Of a stretch of DNA of 64,000 bases, positions 45,584 through 54,331 are shown one piece after another. Made by a program: the position numbers and the translations under genes. This DNA comes from Planctomycetota bacterium (GTDB lineage: Bacteria; Planctomycetota; UBA11346). The stretch is taken from the NCBI GenBank assembly GCA_038231435.1, contig JBBRLJ010000012.1, positions 46,690 to 110,689 on the forward strand, written 5' to 3'. The notes beneath the pieces are model-generated. The model ran no database searches, was not told where the DNA came from, and saw only the letters and a list, made by a program, of their open reading frames with translations. Position 1 is the first letter of the stretch. The number at the start of each line of letters is the position of its first letter.

Positions 45584-46501
45584 ATGATCAGTTCCGCCAC
45601 CACCGTGCGCTTCGCCGAGCGCGACCTGGAGCTTGGCGGCAAGTACCTGGGCGAGCTGCGCGAATCCAACGACGTGCTCGACGATCCCGAGGCGCTGCGC
45701 CAGCGCATGGCCGCCGACGGGTACCTGCTGGTGCGCGGCCTGCACGATCCAGCCGCGGTGGCGGCCGCCCGCCGCGAACTCTTCACCGAGTTCGCCAAGA
45801 CCGGCGCCTTCGATCCCTCGTTCCCGGTCCTGGATGGGATCATCAATCCGAAGCCCGAGGCGCAGGCGCCGGGATTCGTGGGCGGCGCCGATCTCACCCG
45901 CGGCAAGGCCTTCCTCGATCTGGTCGAGGGCCGTCCAGTGATGGATTTCTTCTCCCGCTTCCTCGGCGAGCCCGCACTGACCTTCGACTTCAAGTGGATG
46001 CGCTTCATCGGCAACGGCCAGTACACCGGAGCCCATTTCGACAATGTCTACATGGGCCGCGGCAGCGCGCGCCTGTACACGGTATGGACACCGATCGGCG
46101 ACGTCACCATGGACATGGGCCCGCTCGCCATCCATGTCGGCTCGAGTACCTCGGCGTCGTTTGCCCGCGTCCGCGAGACCTACGGTCAGATGGACGTCGA
46201 TCGCGATCGCGTCGACGGCTGGTTCTCGAACGACCCGGTCGAGATCGTCGACCGCTTCGGCGGCCGCTGGGCCACGGGCGAGTTTCGCGCTGGCGACGCG
46301 CTGATCTTCGGCATGTACACCATGCACGCGTCGCTCACCAACGTCTCCAATCGCTTCCGGCTCACCTCGGACACCCGTTACCAGCCCGCCGCAGAGCCCA
46401 CCGACGAGCGCTGGGTCGGCGAGAAGCCGAAAGCGCACTACGGCTGGCATGCCGGCCCCCAGGTGCCGATGGCGCAGAAACGTCAGGAGTGGGGGATCTA
46501 G
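45584..46501 (+). CDS. PhyH-family Fe(II)/2OG dioxygenase, tandem paralog 1
   Basis: GAHFDNVYMG (HxD) and a distal His in FGMYTMHASLTN. It aligns along its full length with the next gene. Confidence 0.8.
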   Translation: MISSATTVRFAERDLELGGKYLGELRESNDVLDDPEALRQRMAADGYLLVRGLHDPAAVAAARRELFTEFAKTGAFDPSFPVLDGIINPKPEAQAPGFVGGADLTRGKAFLDLVEGRPVMDFFSRFLGEPALTFDFKWMRFIGNGQYTGAHFDNVYMGRGSARLYTVWTPIGDVTMDMGPLAIHVGSSTSASFARVRETYGQMDVDRDRVDGWFSNDPVEIVDRFGGRWATGEFRAGDALIFGMYTMHASLTNVSNRFRLTSDTRYQPAAEPTDERWVGEKPKAHYGWHAGPQVPMAQKRQEWGI

Positions 46502-46579
46502 TGATGAGGGTAAGGGGAGGAACTCTGAAATTAACCCCGCCCTGCCCGCTCCTTCCGGGGGGGCAGCGCGGAGCGCGAT

Positions 46580-46651
46580 GTTGGGGGGATCGCGAAGCGA
46601 TCTCAGATGCCCTTTGGGGCATCTGCCGTCCGCAGGAAGTAGCCCCCCAAC
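46580..46651 (+). other. 72-nt multi-stem element between the tandem PhyH paralogs
   Basis: The outer stem GTTGGGGGG/CCCCCCAAC encloses ATCGC-GAA-GCGAT and CAGATGCCC-TTTG-GGGCATCTG (9 bp). It ends 10 nt before the ATG at 46662. Confidence 0.6.
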
Positions 46652-46661
46652 CGAAAGCCCC

Positions 46662-47561
46662 ATGACCACCGTCACCTTCGGCAAACACCAGTGCGAGATC
46701 GGAGGGCCGCAGCTGGGGATGCTGCGCGAGTCCAACGATCTGCGCGATGATTTCGCGGCGTTGCGCTCGCGGCTCGATGAGGACGGGTATCTGCTGATCC
46801 GCGGGCTGTACGATCCGGCGGATGTGCTCGCGGCGCGGCGCGAGATCCTGGCGCAGGCGCATGGCTATCTCGAGCCGGGGAGCGATCCGATGGAGGCCGT
46901 GATCAATCGCGCGCCGCCGAAGGATCTGCCGTTCATCAGCCATGGCTCGCCGACCACGCGCGGGCCGGCATTCTTGTCGCTGGTCGAGGGTCCGCGAGTG
47001 ATGCGTTTCTTCGCTGGGCTGTTCGCGGAACCGGCGACCACCTTCGATTTCAAGTGGCTGCGTCTGACCTGGAAGGGACAGACCACCGGCGCGCACTTCG
47101 ACAACAGCTACATGGGCCGCGGCAGTCCGCGCGTGCACACGGTGTGGTCGCCGCTCGGCGACATCTCGTACGATCACGGTCCGCTGGCGATCGTCCCCGG
47201 TTCCCACCGCGCTCCCGGCTACGCCCACCTGCGCGAGACCCTCGGTCTGATGGACGTCGATCGCGATCGCGTGCGAGGCGATTTCAGCGATGACGCCCTC
47301 GAGTTCACCAACCGCTTCGGCGGCCGCTGGGCGACGAGCGAGTTCAAGGCCGGCGACGCCATCATCTTCGGCATGTTCACGCTGCACGCGTCGCTGACCA
47401 ACGTCTCAGACCGCTTCCGCCTGTCGTCGGACACCCGCTACCAACCGGCGAGCGAACCCGCCGACGAGCGCTGGGTCGGCGAGAAGCCGAAGGGCCATTA
47501 CGCCTGGTTCGCGGGCGAGGGCGTGGAGATGGCGAAGAAGAAGAAGGAGTGGGGCTTTTAG
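46662..47561 (+). CDS. PhyH-family Fe(II)/2OG dioxygenase, tandem paralog 2
   Basis: From the ATG at 46662 the product reads MTTVTFGKHQCEIGG..., with GAHFDNSYMG and FGMFTLHASLTN. By eye it is roughly 60% identical to paralog 1. Confidence 0.8.
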   Translation: MTTVTFGKHQCEIGGPQLGMLRESNDLRDDFAALRSRLDEDGYLLIRGLYDPADVLAARREILAQAHGYLEPGSDPMEAVINRAPPKDLPFISHGSPTTRGPAFLSLVEGPRVMRFFAGLFAEPATTFDFKWLRLTWKGQTTGAHFDNSYMGRGSPRVHTVWSPLGDISYDHGPLAIVPGSHRAPGYAHLRETLGLMDVDRDRVRGDFSDDALEFTNRFGGRWATSEFKAGDAIIFGMFTLHASLTNVSDRFRLSSDTRYQPASEPADERWVGEKPKGHYAWFAGEGVEMAKKKKEWGF

Positions 47562-47584
47562 TTGGGGGGCTACGGCCCCCCAAC
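47561..47584 (+). terminator. GC-rich hairpin at the end of PhyH paralog 2 (terminator-like, no U tract)
   Basis: GTTGGGGGGC-TACG-GCCCCCCAAC is a 10-bp stem with a UACG (UNCG-type) tetraloop. It starts at the last base of the stop codon. Confidence 0.4.
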
Positions 47585-47653
47585 ATCGGCCTCCGGCCTG
47601 CCCCCCAGGAAGAAACGGGTTGGGTGAGGTAGGGGGCCAGACTGCGGCGTCCT

Positions 47654-47716
47654 TCTTCAGTCTTCAGTCTTCAGTCTTCAGTCTTCAGTCTTCCGTCTTC
47701 CGTCTTCCCTCTTCCC
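47654..47716. repeat. heptamer tandem repeat (TCTTCAG)x5 (TCTTCCG)x2 (TCTTCCC)x2
   Basis: Five perfect units followed by four decaying units. The array ends 35 nt upstream of the ferredoxin-MBL ATG. Confidence 0.95.
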
Positions 47717-47750
47717 CTTCTTCGTCCTCCCGCGCGGGTAGCATGGGGGC

Positions 47751-48635
47751 ATGGCTTCACGCGGGCGCGCGTATGCGGACAATGCGCCGGGGTCGTTCTT
47801 CGTCGATGATACGTGCATCGACTGCGATACCTGCCGGCAGGTCGCGCCGCTGAGCTTTGTCGATGCGGGCGGGCACTCGGTGGTGGCGGTGCAGCCGGTC
47901 GACGACGAGGCGGTGCGGCAGGCGGCGCGGGCGGTGGTGTGCTGCCCAACCAATTCGATCGGTACCGCGGAGCGTTCGGCAACGCGCGCGGCGATCGGAG
48001 AGTTCCCGCTGCCTATTGCCGGCGGCGTGCACTATTGCGGCTTCAACGCCGAGTCCTCGTTCGGGGCGAACAGCTACTTCATCCAGCGTGCCGATGGCAA
48101 TTGGCTGGTCGATGCGCCGCGGTGGATGCCGGCGCTCGCCGATGCCTTCGCCGCGCGCGGCGGCCTCGCTGGGATCTTCCTGACCCACCGCGACGATGTC
48201 GCGGACGCGGCGAGGTACGCGGAGCGCTTCGGCGCGCGCCGCGTCATCCATCGTCGTGATGAGTCGGCCGCGCCCGGGGCGGAGGTCCTGCTCGAGGGCG
48301 AGGACGCGCGCGAACTCGCGCCGGGGTTGGTCGCGGTGCCCACGCCGGGGCATACCGCCGGGCATTGCGTGCTGCACGTCGACGACGAGTTCCTCTTCAC
48401 CGGCGATCATCTGTGGTGGAGCCGCAAGCAGGGCCGCCTGGTGGCGTCGCGATCGGTGTGCTGGCATTCGTGGCCAGAACAGACGCGCTCGGTCGAACGC
48501 CTGCGCGAGCTGCGCTTCTCGTGGATCCTTCCCGGGCACGGCCAGCGGGCGCACGCGGCTCCCGAACGCATGCGCGATGGCGTAGCCGCGCTCGCGCTGC
48601 GGATGCGCGCCGAATCAGCCGGAGACGATTGGTGA
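47751..48635 (+). CDS. ferredoxin-like domain fused to MBL-fold metallo-hydrolase domain
   Basis: The N-terminal FFVDDTCIDCDTCRQVAP...VVCCPTNSI is a single-cluster ferredoxin Cys pattern. An MBL-like core follows (GANSYFI..., FLTHRDDVADA, PTPGHTAGH, LPGHG). Confidence 0.75.
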   Translation: MASRGRAYADNAPGSFFVDDTCIDCDTCRQVAPLSFVDAGGHSVVAVQPVDDEAVRQAARAVVCCPTNSIGTAERSATRAAIGEFPLPIAGGVHYCGFNAESSFGANSYFIQRADGNWLVDAPRWMPALADAFAARGGLAGIFLTHRDDVADAARYAERFGARRVIHRRDESAAPGAEVLLEGEDARELAPGLVAVPTPGHTAGHCVLHVDDEFLFTGDHLWWSRKQGRLVASRSVCWHSWPEQTRSVERLRELRFSWILPGHGQRAHAAPERMRDGVAALALRMRAESAGDDW

Positions 48636-48704
48636 AGGACTGACAACGATGACGTTCTCCCGGTCCGGTCCGGATTGGGCACCGGAGTGCTCGCCCCCGC
48701 CACG

Positions 48705-48734
48705 TTGACGGGTGGGCCGCGCTCCTAGTATTAA
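48705..48734 (+). promoter_or_regulatory. candidate sigma70-like promoter of the TetR gene (possibly leaderless mRNA)
   Basis: TTGACG (48705-48710), an 18-nt spacer, then TATTAA (48729-48734). The ATG is at 48743, only ~9 nt downstream, with no SD. Confidence 0.3.
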
Positions 48735-48742
48735 ACGAACGT

Positions 48743-49468
48743 ATGAAAAAAAGACTCATCGCCCGCTCCGCCGACACCCGCGTGCGCATCCTCGACGCGT
48801 CCGAATCCTTGTTCGCCGACCGCGGCATCGAGGGCACGTCGATGCGCGCGATCACCTCGATCGCCAAGGTGAATCTGGCGGCGGTGAACTACCACTTTGG
48901 CTCGAAGGAGGGCCTGATCGTGGCGGTCTACGCGCGTCGCCTGGCCCCGGTGAACATGGAGCGGCTCGCCCTGCTCGATGTGGTCGAGAAGAAGGGGGCG
49001 GCGACGCTCGAGGACATCATGTTGGCGTACGTCGGGCCGGTGATGCGCCTGATCCATGATCAGGAACGCGGGGGCGAGATCTTCATGCGCTTGCTGGGCC
49101 GGGCTTTATACGAGCCGGGGGCCTATCTGAACCAGCTCTTCCGCGAAGAGATGGAACCGGTCCTCAACCGCTTCACCGCCGCCCTGCAGCGGTGCCTGCC
49201 CTTGTCGGCCGAGGAGCTCTTCTGGCGCATGCACTTCGCTGGCGGTGCCCTGTCGTATACGCTCGCTCAGATCCATCGCCTGGAGCTGATGTCCAAGGGC
49301 ATCTGCGATGCGAAGGACGTGGATGGGGTCATCAACCGACTCGTCGAGTTCATCGCCTCGGGCATGCAGGGCAGTGGCTACGCCAAGCGCGCGGGCAAGC
49401 GCAAGGATGCCCGGCTCGCGGCCGCCAAGCGGCGAGATGTGGGCCAGGCCGGGCAAGTGGGAGCATGA
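48743..49468 (+). CDS. TetR/AcrR family transcriptional regulator
   Basis: The N-terminal HTH reads RILDASESLFADRGIEGTSMRAITSIAKVNLAAVNYHFGSKEGL. Confidence 0.85.
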   Translation: MKKRLIARSADTRVRILDASESLFADRGIEGTSMRAITSIAKVNLAAVNYHFGSKEGLIVAVYARRLAPVNMERLALLDVVEKKGAATLEDIMLAYVGPVMRLIHDQERGGEIFMRLLGRALYEPGAYLNQLFREEMEPVLNRFTAALQRCLPLSAEELFWRMHFAGGALSYTLAQIHRLELMSKGICDAKDVDGVINRLVEFIASGMQGSGYAKRAGKRKDARLAAAKRRDVGQAGQVGA

Positions 49469-49646
49469 AACGACCATTTTGGCAGAGCGGTCATTAAACT
49501 CTCATCATAGTAGACTGACTGGACCGGCCCTGTGAGGCCATTCACCTCGAAAAGGTCTGGACTGAGGCTTGAAATGCCAAGGATCAGAACTCCACTCCGG
49601 CCGAATGCATCAAGTTCCCTGATCCAACGCCGGTAACGAGGTTCCC

Positions 49647-51362
49647 ATGCTGCAACGTGCCCCCACCGGTGGCGAGATGGTCATCCGCTGCCTCGAGCGC
49701 GAAGGCGTCGAGCTGCTGTTCGGGTACTCGGGCGGCGCGGCCATGCCGATCTTCGACGCCCTGGTCGACAGCAAGGTCAAGCTCATCCTCGTTCGCCACG
49801 AGCAGGGCGCCACGCACATGGCCGATGGCTACGCGCGCGCCACCGGCAAGCCCGGCGTGGTGCTGGTCACCTCGGGCCCTGGCGCCACCAACTGCGTCAC
49901 CGGTCTCTTGACCGCGATGATGGACTCGGTGCCGATGATCGTGCTCACCGGCCAGACCATCACCTCGATGCTCGGCAAGGACGCGTTCCAGGAAGCCGAC
50001 GTCACCGGCATCACCTATCCGGTGGTCAAGCACAGCTACCTGGTGCGCAACGCCGCCGACATCCCACGCGTGATGAAGGAGGCGTTCCACATCGCCTCCA
50101 CCGGGCGCCCGGGTCCGGTGCTGATCGACCTGCCCAAGGACATCACCCAGGGCCCGTGCACCGCGAGCTTCGTCGACAAGGTCAGCCTTCCCGGCTACCA
50201 CGTTCCCGGCAAGGCCGACCCGGCGCTGCTCAAGAAGGCCGCGGCGCTGATCGCCAAGAGCCGCAAGCCGGTGCTCTACGTCGGCCATGGCGCGGTCATC
50301 TCCGGCGCGGGCCCAGCGATCATGCAGTTCGCCGAGAAGCTCAACGCGCCGATCGTCAATACGCTGCTCGGCAAGGGCGCGTGTCCAGAGGATCACGCGC
50401 TGCACCTCGGCATGCTCGGCATGCACGGCACCGCCTATGCCAACAAGGCGGTCGCCAACTGCGACATGATCATGGCCATCGGCGCGCGCTGGGACGACCG
50501 CATCACCGGCAAGCTCAGCGAGTTCTGCAAGGACGCGACCAAGATCCACGTCGACATCGACGTCGCCGAGTTCAACAAGGTCGTGCGGCCGGACGTCTCG
50601 ATCGCGGGCGACGCGCGCCAGGTCATGGAGGACCTGGTGCCGATGGCGCAGAAGCTCGATAGCGGCGACTGGCTGAAGCAGATCGCGGCGTGGCGGAAGC
50701 AGTTCCCGCTCAAGTACGCCAAGAAAGGCGGCTTGCGCGCGCAATACGTGCTCGACCGGCTCGACAAGCTCGGCGGCCGCGACTGCATCATCACCACCGA
50801 CGTCGGCCAGCATCAGATGTGGGCCGCGCAGTTCTGCCGCACCACCAAGAACCGCCACTGGCTGTCCTCGGGCGGTGCTGGCACCATGGGCTTCGGCTTT
50901 CCCGCGGCCATCGGCGCGGCGTACGCGATGCCCGGCAAGAAGGTGTGGGCGATCTGCGGCGATGGCGGCTTCCAGATGACCCTCGCCGAGCTCGCCACCG
51001 CCGCGCTCTCGAAGCTGCCAGTGAAGGTCCTGATCATCAACAACAGCTACCTGGGCATGATCCGCCAGTGGCAGGAGCTGTTCTTCGACAACCGCATCTC
51101 AGGCGCCGATCTGGTCGGCAATCCGGACTTCGTGAAACTAGCGCAGGCCTACGGCGTCAAGGCGTGGCGGGTCAAGCGCGCTGGAGACGTCGACAAGGTG
51201 TTGAAGCAAGCGATGGCCTACAACGAGGGTCCGTGCCTGGTCGAGGCCGAGGTGGTCAAGGAGGACAACGTCTTCCCGATGATCCCCGCCGGCGCCTCGC
51301 TGCACGATATGATCATCGAGAAGCCGAAGACGAAGATGGAGAAGCCTTCGGGCAGTACCTGA
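49647..51362 (+). CDS. ilvB: acetolactate synthase large subunit (biosynthetic type)
   Basis: GGEMVIRCLEREGVELLFGYSGGAAMPIFDAL, the ThDP motif GGAGTMGFGFPAAIGA...GDGGFQMT, and NNSYLGMIRQWQ. Confidence 0.92.
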   Translation: MLQRAPTGGEMVIRCLEREGVELLFGYSGGAAMPIFDALVDSKVKLILVRHEQGATHMADGYARATGKPGVVLVTSGPGATNCVTGLLTAMMDSVPMIVLTGQTITSMLGKDAFQEADVTGITYPVVKHSYLVRNAADIPRVMKEAFHIASTGRPGPVLIDLPKDITQGPCTASFVDKVSLPGYHVPGKADPALLKKAAALIAKSRKPVLYVGHGAVISGAGPAIMQFAEKLNAPIVNTLLGKGACPEDHALHLGMLGMHGTAYANKAVANCDMIMAIGARWDDRITGKLSEFCKDATKIHVDIDVAEFNKVVRPDVSIAGDARQVMEDLVPMAQKLDSGDWLKQIAAWRKQFPLKYAKKGGLRAQYVLDRLDKLGGRDCIITTDVGQHQMWAAQFCRTTKNRHWLSSGGAGTMGFGFPAAIGAAYAMPGKKVWAICGDGGFQMTLAELATAALSKLPVKVLIINNSYLGMIRQWQELFFDNRISGADLVGNPDFVKLAQAYGVKAWRVKRAGDVDKVLKQAMAYNEGPCLVEAEVVKEDNVFPMIPAGASLHDMIIEKPKTKMEKPSGST

Positions 51363-51368
51363 AGGCGG

Positions 51369-51389
51369 CGTGCGGAGTACGGTGTGCGG
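51369..51389. repeat. heptamer array (NGTRCGG)x3
   Basis: cgtgcgg agtacgg tgtgcgg, in the ilvB-ilvH spacer. Confidence 0.6.
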
Positions 51390-51416
51390 CGAAGTCGCAC
51401 ACGGACGCTCTCGTCG

Positions 51417-51465
51417 CCGCACCTCGCACCCCGCATCCTGCATCCCGCATCCCGCACCTTCACCT
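51417..51465. repeat. heptamer array (CYGCAYC)x7, inverted family of 51369-51389
   Basis: ccgcacc tcgcacc ccgcatc ctgcatc ccgcatc ccgcacc ttcacct. The array ends 10 nt before the ilvH ATG. Confidence 0.85.
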
Positions 51466-51475
51466 TGGAACACAC

Positions 51476-52081
51476 ATGGCCACTTCGTCCTCATCCCGCG
51501 GCGCCGCCTTCGAGCTCGACCCGGGCAAGCCCGTGCGCCGGAACCCGATCACCGAGGCGCCGATCCAGCCGCTGCACACCATCTCGCTGCTGGTGCGCAA
51601 CAAGCCTGGAGTGCTGGTGCGCGTCTCGTTGGTGTTCTCGCGCCGCGGCTACAACATCGAATCGCTGGTGGTCAGCCCGGCGATCGCCGCAGCCGACGTC
51701 GAGGGAGAGCCATCGGGAGAGTTCTCGCGCATGACCATCACGTGCTCGGGCGACCCCGACACTCTCGAGCAGATCATCAAGCAGCTCGAGAAGCTCATCG
51801 ATGTCGTGCACGCCCTGGACCACACCGGTCAGGCGGTAATCGAGAGCGAGCTCGCGTTGGTGAAGATCGAGATCGGCCTCAAGGACCGCACCGAGATCCT
51901 GCAGATCGTCGAGCACTACCGGGCCAAGGTCGTCGACTATGGCGCGGACTCGATGATCCTGCGCGTCGAAGGTGAAAGCGACAAGATCGATGCCTGCATC
52001 GACCTGCTCAAGCCCTTCGAGATCGTCGAACTGGTGCGCTCGGGCAAGATCCTCATGGTCCGCGGCCTCGCGACCACCTGA
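51476..52081 (+). CDS. ilvH: acetolactate synthase small (regulatory) subunit
   Basis: From the ATG at 51476, ACT domain HTISLLVRNKPGVLVRVSLVFSRRGYNIESLVV and a C-terminal ALS_ss_C-like region (ELALVKI...MILRVEG...ELVRSGKILMVRG). Confidence 0.85.
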   Translation: MATSSSSRGAAFELDPGKPVRRNPITEAPIQPLHTISLLVRNKPGVLVRVSLVFSRRGYNIESLVVSPAIAAADVEGEPSGEFSRMTITCSGDPDTLEQIIKQLEKLIDVVHALDHTGQAVIESELALVKIEIGLKDRTEILQIVEHYRAKVVDYGADSMILRVEGESDKIDACIDLLKPFEIVELVRSGKILMVRGLATT

Positions 52082-52147
52082 TCCACGACTGCGGAATTCA
52101 TTCGTCCATCTCTGAAGCGAGAATGGCCGCAGCCATCACCAATCGAG

Positions 52148-54070
52148 CTACCAGTCGAAACTGGCCATGGTGGCATTCGCGGGGCCCTGGCGCGCCGCCT
52201 TCGGTTCGCGCTGGACGACGCATGAGCCGAGCGGCCGGAGCGCGGCGGCGTTCTCGAGGCGGCGGCAGCCGGCGATCACCACGCGTTCGAGCGGTAGGTC
52301 GGCGATGCCATCGAGGCTGACCAGGCGCGCGCAATCCTCGAGATCGAGTTGGCGGAGCCGGGTGCCGCGCAGCGCCAACAGATCTCCACGCAGCGCCGCG
52401 CAGCCTGAGCAGTCGAGCGCCTCGAGCGGCATCCCTTGCAGGCCGTCCAGGCTCGCGAGCCGCGAACAGCCCGCGAACGATAGGTTCTGGAGCGGCATGC
52501 CGCGCAGCTGCACTGGCGGGCCCTGCAGCGATGCGCAGCCGGAGCAGTCGAGCCGTTCGAGCGGCATGCCCTGGATGCCGTTCAGGCTGGCGATGCCCGT
52601 ACAGCCGGCGAGCGTCAGCGAGCGCAGGCGCATGCCGGTGAGCGCCGACAGGTCGCCGCGCAGCTGGCGGCAGCCCGACAGGTCGAGGCGGGTGGCGGGA
52701 ACGCCGATCAACGGGGTCAGATCGGCGATGCCCTGATCGGTGGCGACGATGTCGAGCTCGCCATTCGCCTGCGCGGTGACCGTGCACGGGAAGCCGGCGG
52801 CGCTCAGCGCGCTCTGCCAGTGCGGGGCGGTATCCGACGGCTGCTTCTGCGAAGGTTGCCCGTTCGCCCGCGGCGACGCCGCGACGCCGGTGGGTGTCCA
52901 CAGCGAGAAGGTCAGGCCGATCATCAAGGCTGCGGCGCCGGCGATCATCGCGCGGCGCCGCCATCGGGGGCGCCCCTTGGATGCTTGCGGCGCCATGCGC
53001 TCGGTGGGCATGGTCGAGCGGGCTGGCGGGCGCGAGGCGGCGAGGCGCACCGATGGCGCGCGGATCAGCGGCTCCGCTCCGCGGGCGACGGTCTCGAGAT
53101 CCGCCAGCATGTCCTCGGCGGTCTGGTACCGAGCGGTCGGATCCTTCGCCATGGCCTTCGTGATCACCCCGGCGAGCCCGCTCGAGAGCTTGTCCTGGTG
53201 GTCGCGTACATCCGGAATCGGATCGTTCAGCACCGACACCAGCACGCCCCACGGGCTGGTCGCGACGTACGGAGCGCCGCCGGTGACCATGGCGAACAGG
53301 CTGGCGCCGAGCGCGTAGATGTCCGCGCGGCCGTCGAGCCCCTGCTCGCCGCGCACCTGTTCTGGTGCCATGAACGCCGGCGTGCCCACCGGCGTTCCGG
53401 TGCGCGTCAGGTGCTCGGCGTTGTTGTAGCGCGCCAGGCCGAGATCGCCGAGCTTGGCGCTGCCGTCCATGGTGATGTAGATGTTCGCGGGCTTGACGTC
53501 GCGGTGGACCACGCCGGCGCGGTGCAGCGCAACGAGCCCGCGGCAGCAGTCGATCGCGATGCGGATCGCCGTCGCTTCATCGAGGCGCCCGCCGTTGCGC
53601 ATGGCTAGCCGGCAGGCGTCGCCGCCGCTGATGAGCTCGAGCACCATGTAGAGATGCCCATCCGCCTGGGCGACGTCGAAGCAGCCTACCACGTTCGGAT
53701 GGGTGACTGAGCCGGCGGCGCGCGCCTCGCGCACGAAGCGCTCGCAGAAGCCGCGATCGTTCGCCTGCTGCGGGGCGATGATCTTGAGCGCCACCTCGCG
53801 CTGCATCGATTCCTGGAAGGCCCGATACACGACGCCCATCCCGCCTTCGCCGAGGCGATGGCTGATCCTGAATCCAGGGATGCGCGGATGGGGGTTCTCC
53901 TCGCCGACGACCTGCAAGCGGAAGGGGCCGGCGTCCAGATTCGGCTGCTCCACCTTGGGATGCAGGGTCTTGGAGGCGAGCGGAGTCGAGTCGTCCCCGG
54001 CGTGGTCGTCGTTGGCCATTTCCGCACCTGTCCAATCGGCCAATCGGCCCGTCGATGTTCCCGTGTCCAT
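52148..54070 (-). CDS. membrane Ser/Thr protein kinase with extracytoplasmic leucine-rich repeats
   Basis: Kinase motifs LGEGGMGVVYRA, VALKII, HRDVKPANI, DLGLAR and APEQ. One TM helix (AMIAGAAALMIGLTFSLW). About 7 LRR-like units follow (L.LSGC..L.GL.GMPLE.LD). Confidence 0.85.
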   Translation of the reverse strand: MDTGTSTGRLADWTGAEMANDDHAGDDSTPLASKTLHPKVEQPNLDAGPFRLQVVGEENPHPRIPGFRISHRLGEGGMGVVYRAFQESMQREVALKIIAPQQANDRGFCERFVREARAAGSVTHPNVVGCFDVAQADGHLYMVLELISGGDACRLAMRNGGRLDEATAIRIAIDCCRGLVALHRAGVVHRDVKPANIYITMDGSAKLGDLGLARYNNAEHLTRTGTPVGTPAFMAPEQVRGEQGLDGRADIYALGASLFAMVTGGAPYVATSPWGVLVSVLNDPIPDVRDHQDKLSSGLAGVITKAMAKDPTARYQTAEDMLADLETVARGAEPLIRAPSVRLAASRPPARSTMPTERMAPQASKGRPRWRRRAMIAGAAALMIGLTFSLWTPTGVAASPRANGQPSQKQPSDTAPHWQSALSAAGFPCTVTAQANGELDIVATDQGIADLTPLIGVPATRLDLSGCRQLRGDLSALTGMRLRSLTLAGCTGIASLNGIQGMPLERLDCSGCASLQGPPVQLRGMPLQNLSFAGCSRLASLDGLQGMPLEALDCSGCAALRGDLLALRGTRLRQLDLEDCARLVSLDGIADLPLERVVIAGCRRLENAAALRPLGSCVVQREPKAARQGPANATMASFDW

Positions 54071-54331
54071 GATCCGTGCGGCTCATGCACGGCCGCGTTT
54101 TCCACTCGAGACCCGGTCCGAGCCTAGGTGGACCAGCTTTCCATGGCAATCGTCGCCGCCACAACCTTGGTGATCGAGATCCTCGATCTGGCCACCGGCG
54201 GCGCGGACTCGTGCTACATGTACAGGCCCGCACGAGACAAGCGCTTAGCGTTCCCATGTCGCGGAAACTAGCCCCCGACGCGAGGCGGTTTTATGGGGTA
54301 TAGTTCTGAGGATCGAGAAACGGAGCAATCC

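Noticed and set aside
49469-49646. Leader-peptide attenuator upstream of ilvB
   Set aside because: The only short ORF (MPRIRTPLRPNASSSLIQRR) is not Ile/Val/Leu-rich. No terminator/antiterminator pair is evident.
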